Assembly: GCA_947085095.1 (NCBI GenBank)
Contig: CAMTVD010000016.1
Coordinates: 29,056-93,055 of the forward strand
Direction: 5' to 3'
DNA length: 64,000 nucleotides
Origin: an uncultured Thermus sp.
GTDB taxonomy: Bacteria; Deinococcota; Deinococci; Deinococcales; Thermaceae
The position numbers were made by a program, and so were the translations under genes. Shown in pieces: positions 27,501 through 37,943 of the stretch. How positions within the stretch are numbered: position 1 is the first letter of the stretch; the number at the start of each line of letters is the position of its first letter. Below the pieces are notes generated by a model. The model was not told the DNA's origin. It did no database searches and worked only from the letters and a program-made list of their open reading frames with translations.

Positions 27501-27596
27501 GCCGGTGATGGGGTCGGGGAAGTCCAGGACCGTCCGTTCGGCGAAGGACTTGAACCCCTGGAGGACGAGGCGGTCTAGGCGCCAGGCTTCCCTCAT
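24573..27596 (-). CDS. smc: Chromosome segregation protein SMC
   Basis: GFKSFA, Walker A GPNGSGKSN, hinge (GRATFLPL, GALTGG), signature LSLGEK, LDEVDAALD. True start is ATG 27596. Confidence 0.95.
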   Translation of the reverse strand: MREAWRLDRLVLQGFKSFAERTVLDFPDPITGIIGPNGSGKSNLVEALRFVTGARAHELRGQELRAFLFHGGEGRPPSAFAEVRLELSRGRERLLVERRIEGEKSLFRVNGRPTSQKVLSLHLAGTGLGRGGYAIVGQGEIGALLEAPEEVLLSHLEEAAGLKPVAEAARATEARLEEALELLAAREKELSGLRERVKVLKEEALAARKAQELAALALALRRSLLLARKEEAEREAEALGLRLKALRDEEENLLSQRQSLERARGALSEEAEALKERLQAVRLGLKEKEALEGEVRELSRVLRALDRQRPEEPGPPPPAPSLSREEARLRLKALKEKEAWLLAEKRRLEEAWHRYELALARHQERLKAYQEALWERERLEGELLQKTRALAPLEEGARTRQALETKLREVQAQAQGLRQERERLHGLLASGADLQEGPRRVRGLPGVLGVVADLVRPEPGLELALEVALGPRLQWVLTQDEEAARRAIAKLKGEGGRATFLPLTLLNPPPPPAPRPFPGLLGPAYRLARLRLEGLPQEAVLRVLLGDTLVFQDLEAALAYRKAGGRERLVTLEGEVLERSGALTGGRVRKGGEALLLRRRLEEVEGELARLEGEREALAREVKALPQREALEALRAQVAALKARLHAPLPQPPEAPAPPKETWDEAPLKALEEEREALEKTLAQAEAWERFRLLKEALEAWERAQEEARRLRARLSELKNRLEAFAPLEEEAQALTARLEALARDKREKDEALAQTLARWNALLAEREASRLSLARKEALLEELSQELSQLPPTERHPGTPRALQARLAQVEREREALGPVNALAERELATLEPLLEAKEREVAEATEALLRLEAELKAVEREYGERLKEGFGAFQEAFRAHAQLLLGARAEARREAKGLRLLLIPQGKRTQDLRLLSLGEKTLGALAFLFALGELQGGLPLAVLDEVDAALDEANLLRFVRFLGSGRQFLLVTHQKRTMEACHALYGVTSEGGVSRVYSIRQEVTG

Positions 27597-28087
27597 GGCA
27601 GGCGGATGGGCTTGGTGAGGTCCAGGTGGGCCAGGCCCGGGCCGGGCTTCCCCTCCACCAGGAAGCGGACCTCCTCCGCCTGGGGGAAGGTGGAAAGCAG
27701 GGTGTAGGCCAGGCTGTAGAGGCGGAAGACCTCGAGGCCCGCGTCCAGTCCCAGGGCGAAGTCCTGGGGGAGGTCCACGATGAGACGCTTCCCCTCGAGG
27801 AAAAGGGCCAGGGGCTTGGGGGCGCTCACCGCTTGCGACCAGGCCAGGAGAGCCTTGGCCCCCGGGGTCTCCCCCGGGCCCAGGTCCAGGGTTTGGGTTT
27901 CCTTTAGGAAGCCCTGGGGTGGGTTGGGGCGGTAGAGGACCAAAACCAGGGCGTTCTTGGCGGCCTCCTCGGCGGGGAGGGGGAGGGCGGTGGGGGGGCG
28001 TCCCCCCCCGGTCTGCCAGTAGAAGAGGCTTCCCAAAAGGAAGACGATGAGCCCCACGATGTTCCAAAGGGTGAGGAGCTTCCTCAT
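27593..28087 (-). CDS. GerMN-domain protein
   Basis: N-terminal TM segment; VDLPQDF...SLAYTL...EVRFLVEG...HLDLTKP. Confidence 0.8.
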   Translation of the reverse strand: MRKLLTLWNIVGLIVFLLGSLFYWQTGGGRPPTALPLPAEEAAKNALVLVLYRPNPPQGFLKETQTLDLGPGETPGAKALLAWSQAVSAPKPLALFLEGKRLIVDLPQDFALGLDAGLEVFRLYSLAYTLLSTFPQAEEVRFLVEGKPGPGLAHLDLTKPIRLP

Positions 28088-29235
28088 GGCGTCTCCAGGT
28101 AGGTGCGGATGGCCTGGGCCACGGCCCCGGCCACTTGATTGCGGGCCTCGGGGGTCTTGATCCGGTCCACCCCCACCTCCAGGACCACGGCGGCCCCGGG
28201 GACGTCGGTGAGGGCGTAGGGGCCCTCGGCCTTGGCCACCACGATGCCCAGGGCGGAAAAGGCCTTTTCCAGGGCTTCCCCTAAGCGGCGGGGGTCCCCC
28301 GCGTAAACCTTGAGGAGGTTGGCCTGCTCCTTGGGGGCGGAGGCCAGGAGGGCCTCCGCGTTCTGGGCCAGGGGAGCAGAGCGGGCCTTGGGCAGGTAGA
28401 GGTTCACCGCGCTCCCCTGGGTCACGTGGAAGGAAACCAGGACGCTGGCGCTTTGGGCCAGGCGCAGGCGGGCCTCGAGGGGAAGGGTCTCGTCCCCCCT
28501 CCGGGTCAGACGGCTTCCCGGCAGGCGGGAGGCCACCCTCCTCGCCAGGTCCAGGGTCAGGTCCTTCTCCTTAAGCTCCCCGAAGGACACGCCGGGGTCA
28601 GCGCCCCCGTGCCCCGGGTCCAGGAGGACCAGGGGGGTCGGGCGGGGCAGGGAGCCCCACTCCAGGGCCACCTGGTTCCCCCCGGGGTAGTAGAGGCGGT
28701 CGGGGGGCCTCTCCAAGGGGAGGAAGAGGCCTAGGGCGTCCATCCTAAGACCTGGCTCCTCCCCTTGGGCCAGGAGGAAGAGGACCCCGCCCCCCCGGAC
28801 CACGGCGTTCACCTCCCGGGAAAAGCGGAGGAGGAGGCGGTCCTGGCCCCTTTCCGTTCCCAGGAGCCGGGCCCAGGGGAGGTGGAGGAGGATCCCCTCC
28901 TGCGCCCGGTAGTCCAGGCCCAACGCTTCCGCCAGGGGGCGGAGGGGCACGTAGATCTTGCCTCCCCTTCGCCAAGCGGCGCCCGTCCTTGCCGCCTGGC
29001 CCTCTTCATCGGCGATGGGGAAGGTGCGCTGACGGCTCCCCAGGCCCAGGGCCACCTGGTTTTCCCCCTGCCAGAGGCTTAGGCCCAGGCCCTGGGCCAA
29101 AAGGCGGGCCTCCCCGTAGGCCACCCCCCGCCCCCCGGGGTAGAGGGCCTCCCCCTCGAGGGCCCCCGCTTTCAGGGGTTTGGGGGCCTGGGCCAAGGCC
29201 AGGGCTAGAAAGAGAAGCCCAACCCACCACCTCAT
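28084..29235 (-). CDS. N-acetylmuramoyl-L-alanine amidase (Amidase_3)
   Basis: Signal peptide; LDPGHGG.DPG, EKD, SFH, LEVG. Confidence 0.88.
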   Translation of the reverse strand: MRWWVGLLFLALALAQAPKPLKAGALEGEALYPGGRGVAYGEARLLAQGLGLSLWQGENQVALGLGSRQRTFPIADEEGQAARTGAAWRRGGKIYVPLRPLAEALGLDYRAQEGILLHLPWARLLGTERGQDRLLLRFSREVNAVVRGGGVLFLLAQGEEPGLRMDALGLFLPLERPPDRLYYPGGNQVALEWGSLPRPTPLVLLDPGHGGADPGVSFGELKEKDLTLDLARRVASRLPGSRLTRRGDETLPLEARLRLAQSASVLVSFHVTQGSAVNLYLPKARSAPLAQNAEALLASAPKEQANLLKVYAGDPRRLGEALEKAFSALGIVVAKAEGPYALTDVPGAAVVLEVGVDRIKTPEARNQVAGAVAQAIRTYLETP

Positions 29236-29666
29236 AGTTCCTCCAAGGCCCGGCGCACCGCCTGCTTTTTGTCGTCCGCTTTCTTTTGGTAGACCTTCTT
29301 CCCCCGGGCAAGGCCCAAAAGCACCTTGGCGTAGCCCCGCTCGTTGAAGTAGATCTTGAGGGGGACCAGGGTCAGCCCCTTCTGCTCCACCTTGCCCAGG
29401 AGGCGCTTGAGCTCGTGCTTGTGGAGGAGGAGCTTCCTGGGCCTTCTCGGGTCCACGTTCATGTAGGAGCCCTTCTCGTAGGGAGCGATGTAGAGGTTCT
29501 CCAGGTACAACTCCCCGTTCTGGAAGCGGGCAAAGCTTCCCGTGAAGTCCACCCTGCCCTCCCTCAGGGACTTGACCTCGGTGCCCTTGAGGGCGATCCC
29601 GGCCTCGTAGGTTTCCAGGATCTCGTAGTCGTGGCGGGCGCGACGGTTCTCCAGCGTGGGCCGCAC
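29232..29666 (-). CDS. smpB: SsrA-binding protein
   Basis: NRRARHDY...EAGIALKGTEVKSLR...RKLLLHK. Confidence 0.98.
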   Translation of the reverse strand: MRPTLENRRARHDYEILETYEAGIALKGTEVKSLREGRVDFTGSFARFQNGELYLENLYIAPYEKGSYMNVDPRRPRKLLLHKHELKRLLGKVEQKGLTLVPLKIYFNERGYAKVLLGLARGKKVYQKKADDKKQAVRRALEEL

Positions 29667-29671
29667 GGGGG

Positions 29672-30382
29672 CTATCTTACCCGATAGGCCTCCTCCCGGC
29701 GGTGCTGCAGGAGGGGGTACTTCTCCCGGTAGGCCTCGAGGAAGCCCCAGTCGGGCTCGGCCAGGAGGAGCCCCTCCTCCTCCCGCCTCCCCAGGACGCG
29801 CCCGTCGGGGGCGATGAAGAGGGTGGGGCTCCCCGTGTCCGCGCGGCTTGCCAGGAAGAGGTAGGCCTGGTTCTCCGCTGCCCGGGCCCGGGCCAGGACC
29901 TCAAGAAGCCCGGCGTAGGCCCCGGGCCAGGCGGCCCCCACCAGAAAGGCCTGGACCCCCTTCAGGGCGTAGGCCCGGAAGAGCTCGGGGAAGTCCAGGT
30001 CGTAGCAGAGGGCGAGGCCGAAGCTCCGGCCCCGCCAGGGGAAGGCCACGGGGCCCTTCCCGGGGAGGAGGCCCCGGTCGCCCTCTTCCCCTTGGGGCAG
30101 GTAGAGGTGGACTTTGTCGTAGACGGGGCCTTCGGGAAAAACCTGGAGCCGGTTGCGGGGGCCCTCCCCCAGATGGCCGGCCACGAGGAGGATCCCGGTT
30201 TCCTGGGCAAGCGCCGAGAGGGCTTCCGGAAGGGGGGGCGAGGGCGTTTTCCCCAGGACCAGCTCGGGCAGGAGCAAAAGCCCCGCCCCCTCCTCCCGGG
30301 CGGCCCGGGCCAGGGGGCTTAGGGCCTTAAGGAGCGCCTCTAGGCTTTCCCGCTTGCCCAGATGGGCGAGGGCGAGGCGCAT
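29672..30382 (-). CDS. Carbon-nitrogen hydrolase (nitrilase family)
   Basis: LLPE, YDKVHL, LCYDLDFPE (E-K-C triad), ARAAENQ. Confidence 0.88.
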   Translation of the reverse strand: MRLALAHLGKRESLEALLKALSPLARAAREEGAGLLLLPELVLGKTPSPPLPEALSALAQETGILLVAGHLGEGPRNRLQVFPEGPVYDKVHLYLPQGEEGDRGLLPGKGPVAFPWRGRSFGLALCYDLDFPELFRAYALKGVQAFLVGAAWPGAYAGLLEVLARARAAENQAYLFLASRADTGSPTLFIAPDGRVLGRREEEGLLLAEPDWGFLEAYREKYPLLQHRREEAYRVR

Positions 30383-30990
30383 TACCTCCGGCCCAGGAGG
30401 CGCCAGGCGCTGGGGAGGAGGAGGGCGGCGAGGACCGCCTTCGCCAGGTCCCCGGGGAGGAAGGGGAAGAAGCCCATGGCCAGCAGGCCCGAAAGCCCCA
30501 CGGCCTTGCCCGCCCCCTGAAGCCAGGCCCAGAGCCAGGGCAGGCCCAGGAGGTAGAGGAGGGCGTTCCCCAGGAGCATGGCGAAAAGGGTGCCGGGGAA
30601 GCTCCGGTCCAGGCCGAGCCGCTCCACCAAAAGCCCCACCAGCCCCGCCGCCAGGGGGAAGGCCAGGAGGAATCCCCCGGTGGGCCCGAGGATTTTAGCC
30701 AGGCCAGCTGTTCCCCCGGCGAAGACGGGAAGGCCCATGGCTCCCTCCAGGAGGTAGGCCGAGAGGGCCAAAAAGCCCAGGCGGCTTCCCAGGGCGGCTC
30801 CCACCAGCAAGACCCCCAGGGTCTGCCCGGTGATGGGCACGGGGGTGAAGGGGAGGGGGATGGCCACCTGGGCTAAGAGGGCCACAAAGAGGCTTCCCGA
30901 AAGGATGAGGCTCAGGTCGCGGCCTAGGGACCTGGTGGGCCAGAGGGTCTTGGCCAGGGGCAGGTAGGGTAGGGACTGGGTCTGCTGCAT
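30382..30990 (-). CDS. bioY: Biotin transporter BioY
   Basis: PFTPVPITGQT, GLPVFAG, GPTGGFL, PFLPGD. BirA site upstream. Confidence 0.95.
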   Translation of the reverse strand: MQQTQSLPYLPLAKTLWPTRSLGRDLSLILSGSLFVALLAQVAIPLPFTPVPITGQTLGVLLVGAALGSRLGFLALSAYLLEGAMGLPVFAGGTAGLAKILGPTGGFLLAFPLAAGLVGLLVERLGLDRSFPGTLFAMLLGNALLYLLGLPWLWAWLQGAGKAVGLSGLLAMGFFPFLPGDLAKAVLAALLLPSAWRLLGRR

Positions 30991-31018
30991 AACGCCTCCT
31001 TTTGAACCCTCGCTGGGT

Positions 31019-31052
31019 TCGTCAACCAGGCTAAGGGGATGGCGGTTGACGA
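31019..31052. promoter_or_regulatory. BirA operator overlapping the bioY promoter (TTGACT-N18-TAGCCT on -)
   Basis: Perfect inverted repeat TCGTCAACC-N16-GGTTGACGA, matching the BirA consensus spacing. Confidence 0.87.
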
Positions 31053-31107
31053 GTCAAGGTGCGGCCAGCGCCCCGGGACTTGGTGAAGGGACGTAGAATG
31101 GCCTTAG

Positions 31108-32133
<1,026 letters not shown>

Positions 32134-33303
32134 ATGCGCACCCTGAAGGACCTGGACCCCAAGGGGAAGCGGGTCCTGGTGCGGGTGGACTACAACGTCC
32201 CCATCCAGGGGGGCGTGGTCCAGGACGAGACCAGGATCCAAGAGAGCCTCCCCACCCTGCGCTACCTCCTTTCCGGTGGGGCCTCCTTGGTCCTCCTCTC
32301 CCACCTGGGCCGCCCCAAGGGGCCTGACCCCAAGCACTCCCTGGCCCCCGTGGCCGAGGCTTTGGCCCGGCACCTTCCCGGGGTGCGCTTCGTGCCCCAT
32401 AGCCCCGGCTCCGAGGAGGCTTACGCGGCGGTGCAGGGCCTGGCCCCGGGGGAGGTGGCCCTGCTGGAAAACGTGCGCTTTGAGCCCGGGGAGGAGAAGG
32501 ACGATCCCGAGCTCGCAAAGCGGTATGCCCGCCTGGGGCAGGCCTTCGTCCTGGACGCCTTCGGGAGCGCCCACCGGGCCCACGCCAGCGTGGTGGGGGT
32601 GGCCAGGCTCCTCCCCGCCTACGCCGGCTTCCTCATGGAGAAGGAGGTGAAGGCCCTTTCCCGCCTCCTCCACAACCCCGAGAAGCCCTACGCCGTGGTC
32701 ATCGGCGGGGCCAAGGTTTCCGACAAGATCGGGGTGCTGGAGAGCCTCCTGCCCAAGGTGGACCGCCTCCTCATCGGTGGGGCCATGGCCTTCACCTTCC
32801 TCAAGGCCCTGGGGGGCGAGGTGGGGAAGAGCCTGGTGGAGGAGGACCGCCTGGGCCTGGCCAAGGACCTCCTCGCCCGGGCCGAGGCCCTGGGGGTGAA
32901 GGTCTACCTCCCCGTGGACGTGGTGGCGGCGGAGCGGATAGAGCCCGGCGTGCCCACCCAAACCTTCCCGGCGGAGGCCATCCCCATCCCCTACATGGGC
33001 CTGGACATCGGGCCCAGGACCCAGGAGCTTTTCCGGGAGGCCCTGAAGGGCGTGCGCACCGCCTTCTGGAACGGACCCATGGGGGTTTTTGAGGTGCCCC
33101 CCTTTGACGAGGGGACCCTGGCCGTGGGCCGGGCCCTGGCGGAGCTAGCGGGCGCCTTCACCGTGGTGGGGGGAGGGGACTCCGTGGCCGCGGTGAACCG
33201 CCTGGGGCTCAAGGACCGCTTCGGCCACGTCTCCACCGGGGGCGGGGCCAGCCTGGAGTTTTTGGAGAAGGGCACCCTGCCCGGGATTGAGGTCCTGCAG
33301 TAA
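32134..33303 (+). CDS. pgk: Phosphoglycerate kinase
   Basis: [35 protein letters not shown]. Confidence 0.99.
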   Translation: MRTLKDLDPKGKRVLVRVDYNVPIQGGVVQDETRIQESLPTLRYLLSGGASLVLLSHLGRPKGPDPKHSLAPVAEALARHLPGVRFVPHSPGSEEAYAAVQGLAPGEVALLENVRFEPGEEKDDPELAKRYARLGQAFVLDAFGSAHRAHASVVGVARLLPAYAGFLMEKEVKALSRLLHNPEKPYAVVIGGAKVSDKIGVLESLLPKVDRLLIGGAMAFTFLKALGGEVGKSLVEEDRLGLAKDLLARAEALGVKVYLPVDVVAAERIEPGVPTQTFPAEAIPIPYMGLDIGPRTQELFREALKGVRTAFWNGPMGVFEVPPFDEGTLAVGRALAELAGAFTVVGGGDSVAAVNRLGLKDRFGHVSTGGGASLEFLEKGTLPGIEVLQ

Positions 33304-33361
33304 GGAAAACCCTCCTCCTCCGCCTCTTTCCGGGGCGGGGGTTTCCCTTTATGATGCCTCC

Positions 33362-34114
33362 ATGCGCCGCGTGCTGGTGGCAGGAAACTGGAAGATGCAC
33401 AAGGTGCCTTCCGAGGCCCGGGTCTGGTTCGCTGAGCTGAAGAGGTTCCTTCCCCCTTTGGAGTCGGAGGCGGCGGTCCTGCCCGCCTTTCCCATGCTTC
33501 CTGCGGCCAAGGAGGTCTTCTCCGGTACCCAGGTAGCCTACGGGGCCCAGGACGTCTCCGCCCACCGGGAAGGGGCCTACACGGGGGAGGTTTCGGCGCG
33601 GATGCTCGCCGATCTGGGGTGCCGCTACGCCATCGTGGGCCACTCGGAGAGGAGGCGGTACCACCAGGAGACGGACGCCCTGGTGGCGGAGAAGGCCAAG
33701 AGGCTTCTGGAGGCGGGCATCACCCCCATCCTCTGCGTGGGGGAGCCCCTGGAGGTGCGGGAGAGAGGGGAGGCCGTCCCTTACACCCTGGCGCAACTCC
33801 AGGGGAGTTTGAAGGGGGTGGAACCGGAAGGCCCGGAAAAGCTCGTCATCGCCTACGAGCCGGTCTGGGCCATCGGCACCGGAAAGAACGCCACCCCGGA
33901 GGATGCGGAAGAGATGCATAAGGCCATCCGCCGGGCCCTGGCCGAGCGGTACGGGGAGGCCTTCGCCGCGAGGGTGCGCATCCTCTACGGGGGGAGCGTG
34001 AACCCGGGGAACTTCGCCGCTCTCCTCTCCATGCCCAACGTGGACGGGGGGCTGGTGGGTGGGGCGAGCCTGGAGCTTGAGAGCTTTCTCGCCCTCTTGC
34101 GCCTGGCGGGTTAG
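33362..34114 (+). CDS. tpiA: Triosephosphate isomerase
   Basis: [29 protein letters not shown]. Confidence 0.99.
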   Translation: MRRVLVAGNWKMHKVPSEARVWFAELKRFLPPLESEAAVLPAFPMLPAAKEVFSGTQVAYGAQDVSAHREGAYTGEVSARMLADLGCRYAIVGHSERRRYHQETDALVAEKAKRLLEAGITPILCVGEPLEVRERGEAVPYTLAQLQGSLKGVEPEGPEKLVIAYEPVWAIGTGKNATPEDAEEMHKAIRRALAERYGEAFAARVRILYGGSVNPGNFAALLSMPNVDGGLVGGASLELESFLALLRLAG

Positions 34115-34132
34115 GGGGCTACCCTCATATTT

Positions 34133-35251
34133 ATGCGCCTCCATCCCCGCACGCAGGCGGCCAAGGAGAGCATTTTCCCCAAGATGAGCCAGCTGGCCCA
34201 GAAGCTTGGGGCGGTCAATCTGGGCCAGGGCTTTCCCTCCGATCCCCCGCCCCCTTTTCTTCTGGAGGCCGTCCGCCGGGCGGTGGGCCGGTACGACCAG
34301 TACGCTCCTCCCGCAGGCCTTCCCCTGCTAAGGGAGGCCTTGGCGGAGGAGTTCGGGGTGGAACCGGAAAACGTGGTGGTCACCTCGGGGGCCACAGAGG
34401 CCCTTTACGTTCTCCTCCAGAGCCTAGTGGGGCCGGGGGAGGAGGTGGTGGTTCTGGAGCCCTTTTTTGATGTCTACCTGCCGGACGCCTTCCTGGCGGG
34501 GGCCGAGGCCAGGCTCGTGCGCCTAGACCTCACCAAGGAGGGGTTCCGCCTGGACCTCGAGGCCTTGGAGAGGGCCGTCACCCCCAGGACCCGCTTTCTC
34601 CTCCTGAATACCCCCATGAACCCCACGGGGCTCGTCTTTGGGGAAGCGGAGCTTAGGGCCATGGCCGAACTTGCCCGGAGGCACGACCTCTTTCTCATCT
34701 CCGATGAGGTCTACGATGAGCTCTATTACGGGGAAAGGCCAAAGCGCCTCATGGCCTTCGCCCCGGAACGCACCTTCACCGTGGGGAGCGCGGGGAAGCG
34801 CCTCGAGGCCACCGGCTACCGGGTGGGCTGGATCGTGGGTCCCAAAGCCTTCATGCCCACCCTGGCGGGAATGCGCCAGTGGACGAGCTTTTCCGCTCCC
34901 ACACCCCTCCAGGCGGGAGTGGCGGAGGCCTTAAGGGTGGCGAGGCGGGAGGGCTTTTACGAGGCCCAGAGGGAGAGCTACCGGAAAAGGCGGGACCTCC
35001 TGGCCCAGGGGCTTAGGGACTTAGGCCTCCATGTCTTCCTGCCCGAAGGCACCTACTTTCTCATGGCCGAGATCCCCGGCTTTGACGCCTTTAGGCTTTT
35101 GGAGGAGGCCCGGGTGGCCCTGATCCCCGCCGCCGCCTTCTACCTGGAAGACCCCCCAGAGGGGCTTTTCCGCTTCGCCTTCTGCAAGAGGGAGGAGGAG
35201 TTGGCTCTGGCCCTGGAGCGCCTGGCTCCTGTGGTAAACTCCCTGGCGTGA
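34133..35251 (+). CDS. Class I PLP aminotransferase (glutamine:phenylpyruvate / kynurenine aminotransferase-like)
   Basis: VNLGQGFP, NTPMNPTG, SDEVY, SAGK...TGYRVG, RFAFCK. Confidence 0.88.
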   Translation: MRLHPRTQAAKESIFPKMSQLAQKLGAVNLGQGFPSDPPPPFLLEAVRRAVGRYDQYAPPAGLPLLREALAEEFGVEPENVVVTSGATEALYVLLQSLVGPGEEVVVLEPFFDVYLPDAFLAGAEARLVRLDLTKEGFRLDLEALERAVTPRTRFLLLNTPMNPTGLVFGEAELRAMAELARRHDLFLISDEVYDELYYGERPKRLMAFAPERTFTVGSAGKRLEATGYRVGWIVGPKAFMPTLAGMRQWTSFSAPTPLQAGVAEALRVARREGFYEAQRESYRKRRDLLAQGLRDLGLHVFLPEGTYFLMAEIPGFDAFRLLEEARVALIPAAAFYLEDPPEGLFRFAFCKREEELALALERLAPVVNSLA

Positions 35252-36288
35252 AGCTAAAGCCTGTGGCGTACCTGGAAAAGGGCGAGTTTCCCCTGGAAGA
35301 GGGGGAGGCCCTAAGGCTCTACCGGGCCATGCGCCGGGCCCGGTTTTTTGACGAGAAGGCCCTCACCCTCCAGCGGCAGGGGCGGCTTGGGGTCTACCCC
35401 CCCTTCATGGGCCAGGAGGCGGCCCAGGTGGGCGTGGCCCTGGCCCTCTCCGCGGGGGACTGGGTGGTGCCCTCCTACCGGGAAAGCGCCCTGCTCCTCG
35501 CCCGGGGGCTTCCCATCCATGTCCTCATCCTCTACTGGCGGGCCCACCCCGCGGGCTGGGGCTTTCCCGAGGGCTTCCGGGGGGTAAACCCCTACATCCC
35601 CATCGCCACCCAGATCCCCCAGGCGGTGGGCCTGGCCCTGGCGGGGCGGCATAGGGGGGAGGACTGGGTGGTGGCCACCTCCATCGGGGACGGGGGGACC
35701 AGCGAGGGGGACTTCCACGAGGGGCTGAACTTCGCCGCGGTCTTCGCCGCCCCCGTGGTCTTCCTGGTGCAGAACAACGGCTACGCCATCAGCGTCCCTC
35801 GCTCCCGGCAGATGCGGGTGGACTACATCGCCCGTAGGGCCGAGGGGTACGGGATGCCCGGGGTGGTGGTGGACGGGAACGACGCCTTCGCCGTCTACCT
35901 GGAGGCCAAGAAGGCGGTGGAAAGGGCGAGGCGGGGGGAAGGCCCCACCCTCCTCGAGGCCCTCACCTACCGCCTCGCTCCCCACACCACCTCCGACGAC
36001 CCGAGCCGCTACCGCACCCGGGAGGAGGAGGAGGCTTGGCGGAAGAAGGACCCCATCCTGCGCCTTAGGAAGGCCCTGGAGGAAAAGGGCCTCTGGGACG
36101 AGGATAGGGAAAGGGCTCTTCTGGAGGAGCTGGAGGAGGAGTTCGCTCGGGAGCTTACCCTCGCCGACGCCGCCCCGGAGCCCCGGCCCGAGGAGATCGT
36201 GGAGCACGTCTACCAGGAGATGGGCCCCGATCAGAGGCGGGCTTACGAGGCCCTGAGGCGGGGCCTGCACGTGGAGGAGATATGGTAG
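35248..36288 (+). CDS. pdhA: 2-oxoacid dehydrogenase E1 alpha subunit
   Basis: TPP motif GDGGTSEGD...[15 protein letters not shown]. Substrate specificity uncertain. Confidence 0.85.
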   Translation: MKLKPVAYLEKGEFPLEEGEALRLYRAMRRARFFDEKALTLQRQGRLGVYPPFMGQEAAQVGVALALSAGDWVVPSYRESALLLARGLPIHVLILYWRAHPAGWGFPEGFRGVNPYIPIATQIPQAVGLALAGRHRGEDWVVATSIGDGGTSEGDFHEGLNFAAVFAAPVVFLVQNNGYAISVPRSRQMRVDYIARRAEGYGMPGVVVDGNDAFAVYLEAKKAVERARRGEGPTLLEALTYRLAPHTTSDDPSRYRTREEEEAWRKKDPILRLRKALEEKGLWDEDRERALLEELEEEFARELTLADAAPEPRPEEIVEHVYQEMGPDQRRAYEALRRGLHVEEIW

Positions 36289-37277
36289 CGGAGAAGACGC
36301 GCCTCTTGAACATGGTCCAGGCCATCAACGAGGCGCTGGACCTGGCCCTTTCCCGGGACGAGAGGGTCCTGGTCTTCGGGGAGGACGTGGGGCGGCTTGG
36401 CGGCGTCTTCCGGGTGACGGAGGGGTTGCAGGAGAGGCACGGGGAGAACAGGGTGTTTGACACCCCCCTGGCGGAAAGCGGCATCCTGGGCCTGGCCATC
36501 GGCCTGGCCATGGGGGGGATGCGGCCCGTGGCCGAGATCCAGTTCGCCGGCTTCCTCTACCCCGCCCTGGACCAGATCCTCTCCCACCTGGGGCGCTGGC
36601 GGCACCGCAGCAGGGGGCGGGTGGGCCTTCCCGTGGTGGTGCGGGCCCCCTATGGGGGCGGGGTCCACACCCCGGAGCAGCACGCCGACTCCCCCGAGGC
36701 CCTCCTCGCCCACGCCCCGGGGGTCAAGGTGGTGATTCCCTCCAGCCCGGAAAGGGCCAAGGGGCTTCTCCTTTCCGCCATAGAGGACGAGGACCCGGTC
36801 TTCTTCCTGGAGGCCATCAAGCTCTACCGGGGTTCCCGGGCCGAGGTGCCCGAGGGCTACTACACCCTGCCCCTGGGCCAGGCCCGCGTCCTCCGGGAGG
36901 GGAAGGCCGCCACCCTCATCGGCTACGGGGGGATGGTGGAGGTGATGCTGGAGGCGGCGGAGGTGGCGAGGCGGGAGGGGGTGGAGGTCATGGTGGTGGA
37001 CCTGGAGACCTTGGTCCCCCTGGACGAGGAGACCCTCCTCGAGGCGGTGAGGGCCACGGGCCGGGCGGTGGTGGTCTACGAGGCCATGCGCACCGGGGGC
37101 TTTGGGGCGGAGATCGCCGCCCGCATCGCCGAGGGGGCCATAGACCACCTCCAGGCCCCCGTCCTCCGGGTGGCGGGGTACGATGCCCCCTATCCCCCCT
37201 TCAGCGCCATAGAGCACCTCTACCGCCCCAACGCCAGAAGGGTTTTGGCCGCCCTCAGGAAGGTGCTAACCTATTAG
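36282..37277 (+). CDS. pdhB: 2-oxoacid dehydrogenase E1 beta subunit
   Basis: FGEDV, GGVFRVT, DTPLAE, EIQF. Confidence 0.85.
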   Translation: MVAEKTRLLNMVQAINEALDLALSRDERVLVFGEDVGRLGGVFRVTEGLQERHGENRVFDTPLAESGILGLAIGLAMGGMRPVAEIQFAGFLYPALDQILSHLGRWRHRSRGRVGLPVVVRAPYGGGVHTPEQHADSPEALLAHAPGVKVVIPSSPERAKGLLLSAIEDEDPVFFLEAIKLYRGSRAEVPEGYYTLPLGQARVLREGKAATLIGYGGMVEVMLEAAEVARREGVEVMVVDLETLVPLDEETLLEAVRATGRAVVVYEAMRTGGFGAEIAARIAEGAIDHLQAPVLRVAGYDAPYPPFSAIEHLYRPNARRVLAALRKVLTY

Positions 37278-37289
37278 GAAGGAGGCCCC

Positions 37290-37826
37290 ATGGTCAAGAC
37301 CCGCCTCAAGGCCGAGGAGTTTTTCGCCCTACCCCTGGAGCGGGGGGAGCTTGTGGATGGGGAGGTCCAGGAAGAGATGCCGCCCAAGCCGGAGCACGGG
37401 AGGATCGCTTTGCGCATTGGGTACCACCTGATGCGTTGGCTGGAGGAGACGGGGCTGGGCGTGGCCGGGGTGGAGGGAGGCTTTATCCTCCGCCGGGACC
37501 CCGACCGGGTGCGAAGCCCTGACGTCTGGTTCCTCTCCCACGGGAGGCTTAGGGAGGTGGCCCGGGAAGGGTTTTACGAGGGGGCCCCGGACCTGGCGGT
37601 GGAGGTGGTCTCCCCGGGGGAGGAGGCGGAAGCGGTGCTGGCCAAGGTGCTGGACTATCTGGGGGCGGGGGCCAAGGCGGTGTGGCTGGTCTATCCCGAG
37701 CTCCAGGCGGTGGAGGTCTACGGGCGGGGCGGGGAGGGGCGGCTTTTGCGGCCCGGGGAGGTGCTGGAAGGGGGGGAGGCCCTTCCCGGCTTCCGCCTTC
37801 TCCTAAAGGACCTCTTCGGGGCCTGA
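37290..37826 (+). CDS. Uma2/DUF820 family protein
   Basis: ELVDG...MPP...H...RSPDV...APDLAVEVVSP...KVLDYL...VWLVYP...LPGF. Confidence 0.9.
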   Translation: MVKTRLKAEEFFALPLERGELVDGEVQEEMPPKPEHGRIALRIGYHLMRWLEETGLGVAGVEGGFILRRDPDRVRSPDVWFLSHGRLREVAREGFYEGAPDLAVEVVSPGEEAEAVLAKVLDYLGAGAKAVWLVYPELQAVEVYGRGGEGRLLRPGEVLEGGEALPGFRLLLKDLFGA

Positions 37827-37943
37827 GTGCCCTTCGTTCAAGCGAAGGTCCCCCAAAGGGGGTTCTACAGCCCAGGCCAAGGTGTGGGCGCTTAGGGCTT
37901 TTTCCCCATGTTCTTTCGGCCAGAACCCGCTAGAGTAGGGGGC

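Noticed and set aside
24250..27596. SMC + MazG-like pair as a Wadjet or other defence system
   Set aside because: The SMC has a canonical hinge and lies in an operon with smpB and an amidase. No jetA/B/D-like genes are present.
24573..28067. 1164-aa SMC and other N-terminally extended ORFs (ffh from 15989, NSAR from 54564, rplS from 19354, degV from 62794, prx from 24281)
   Set aside because: The extensions overlap neighbouring genes or promoters and are low-complexity. True starts were chosen from family N-termini and SD or -10 motifs.
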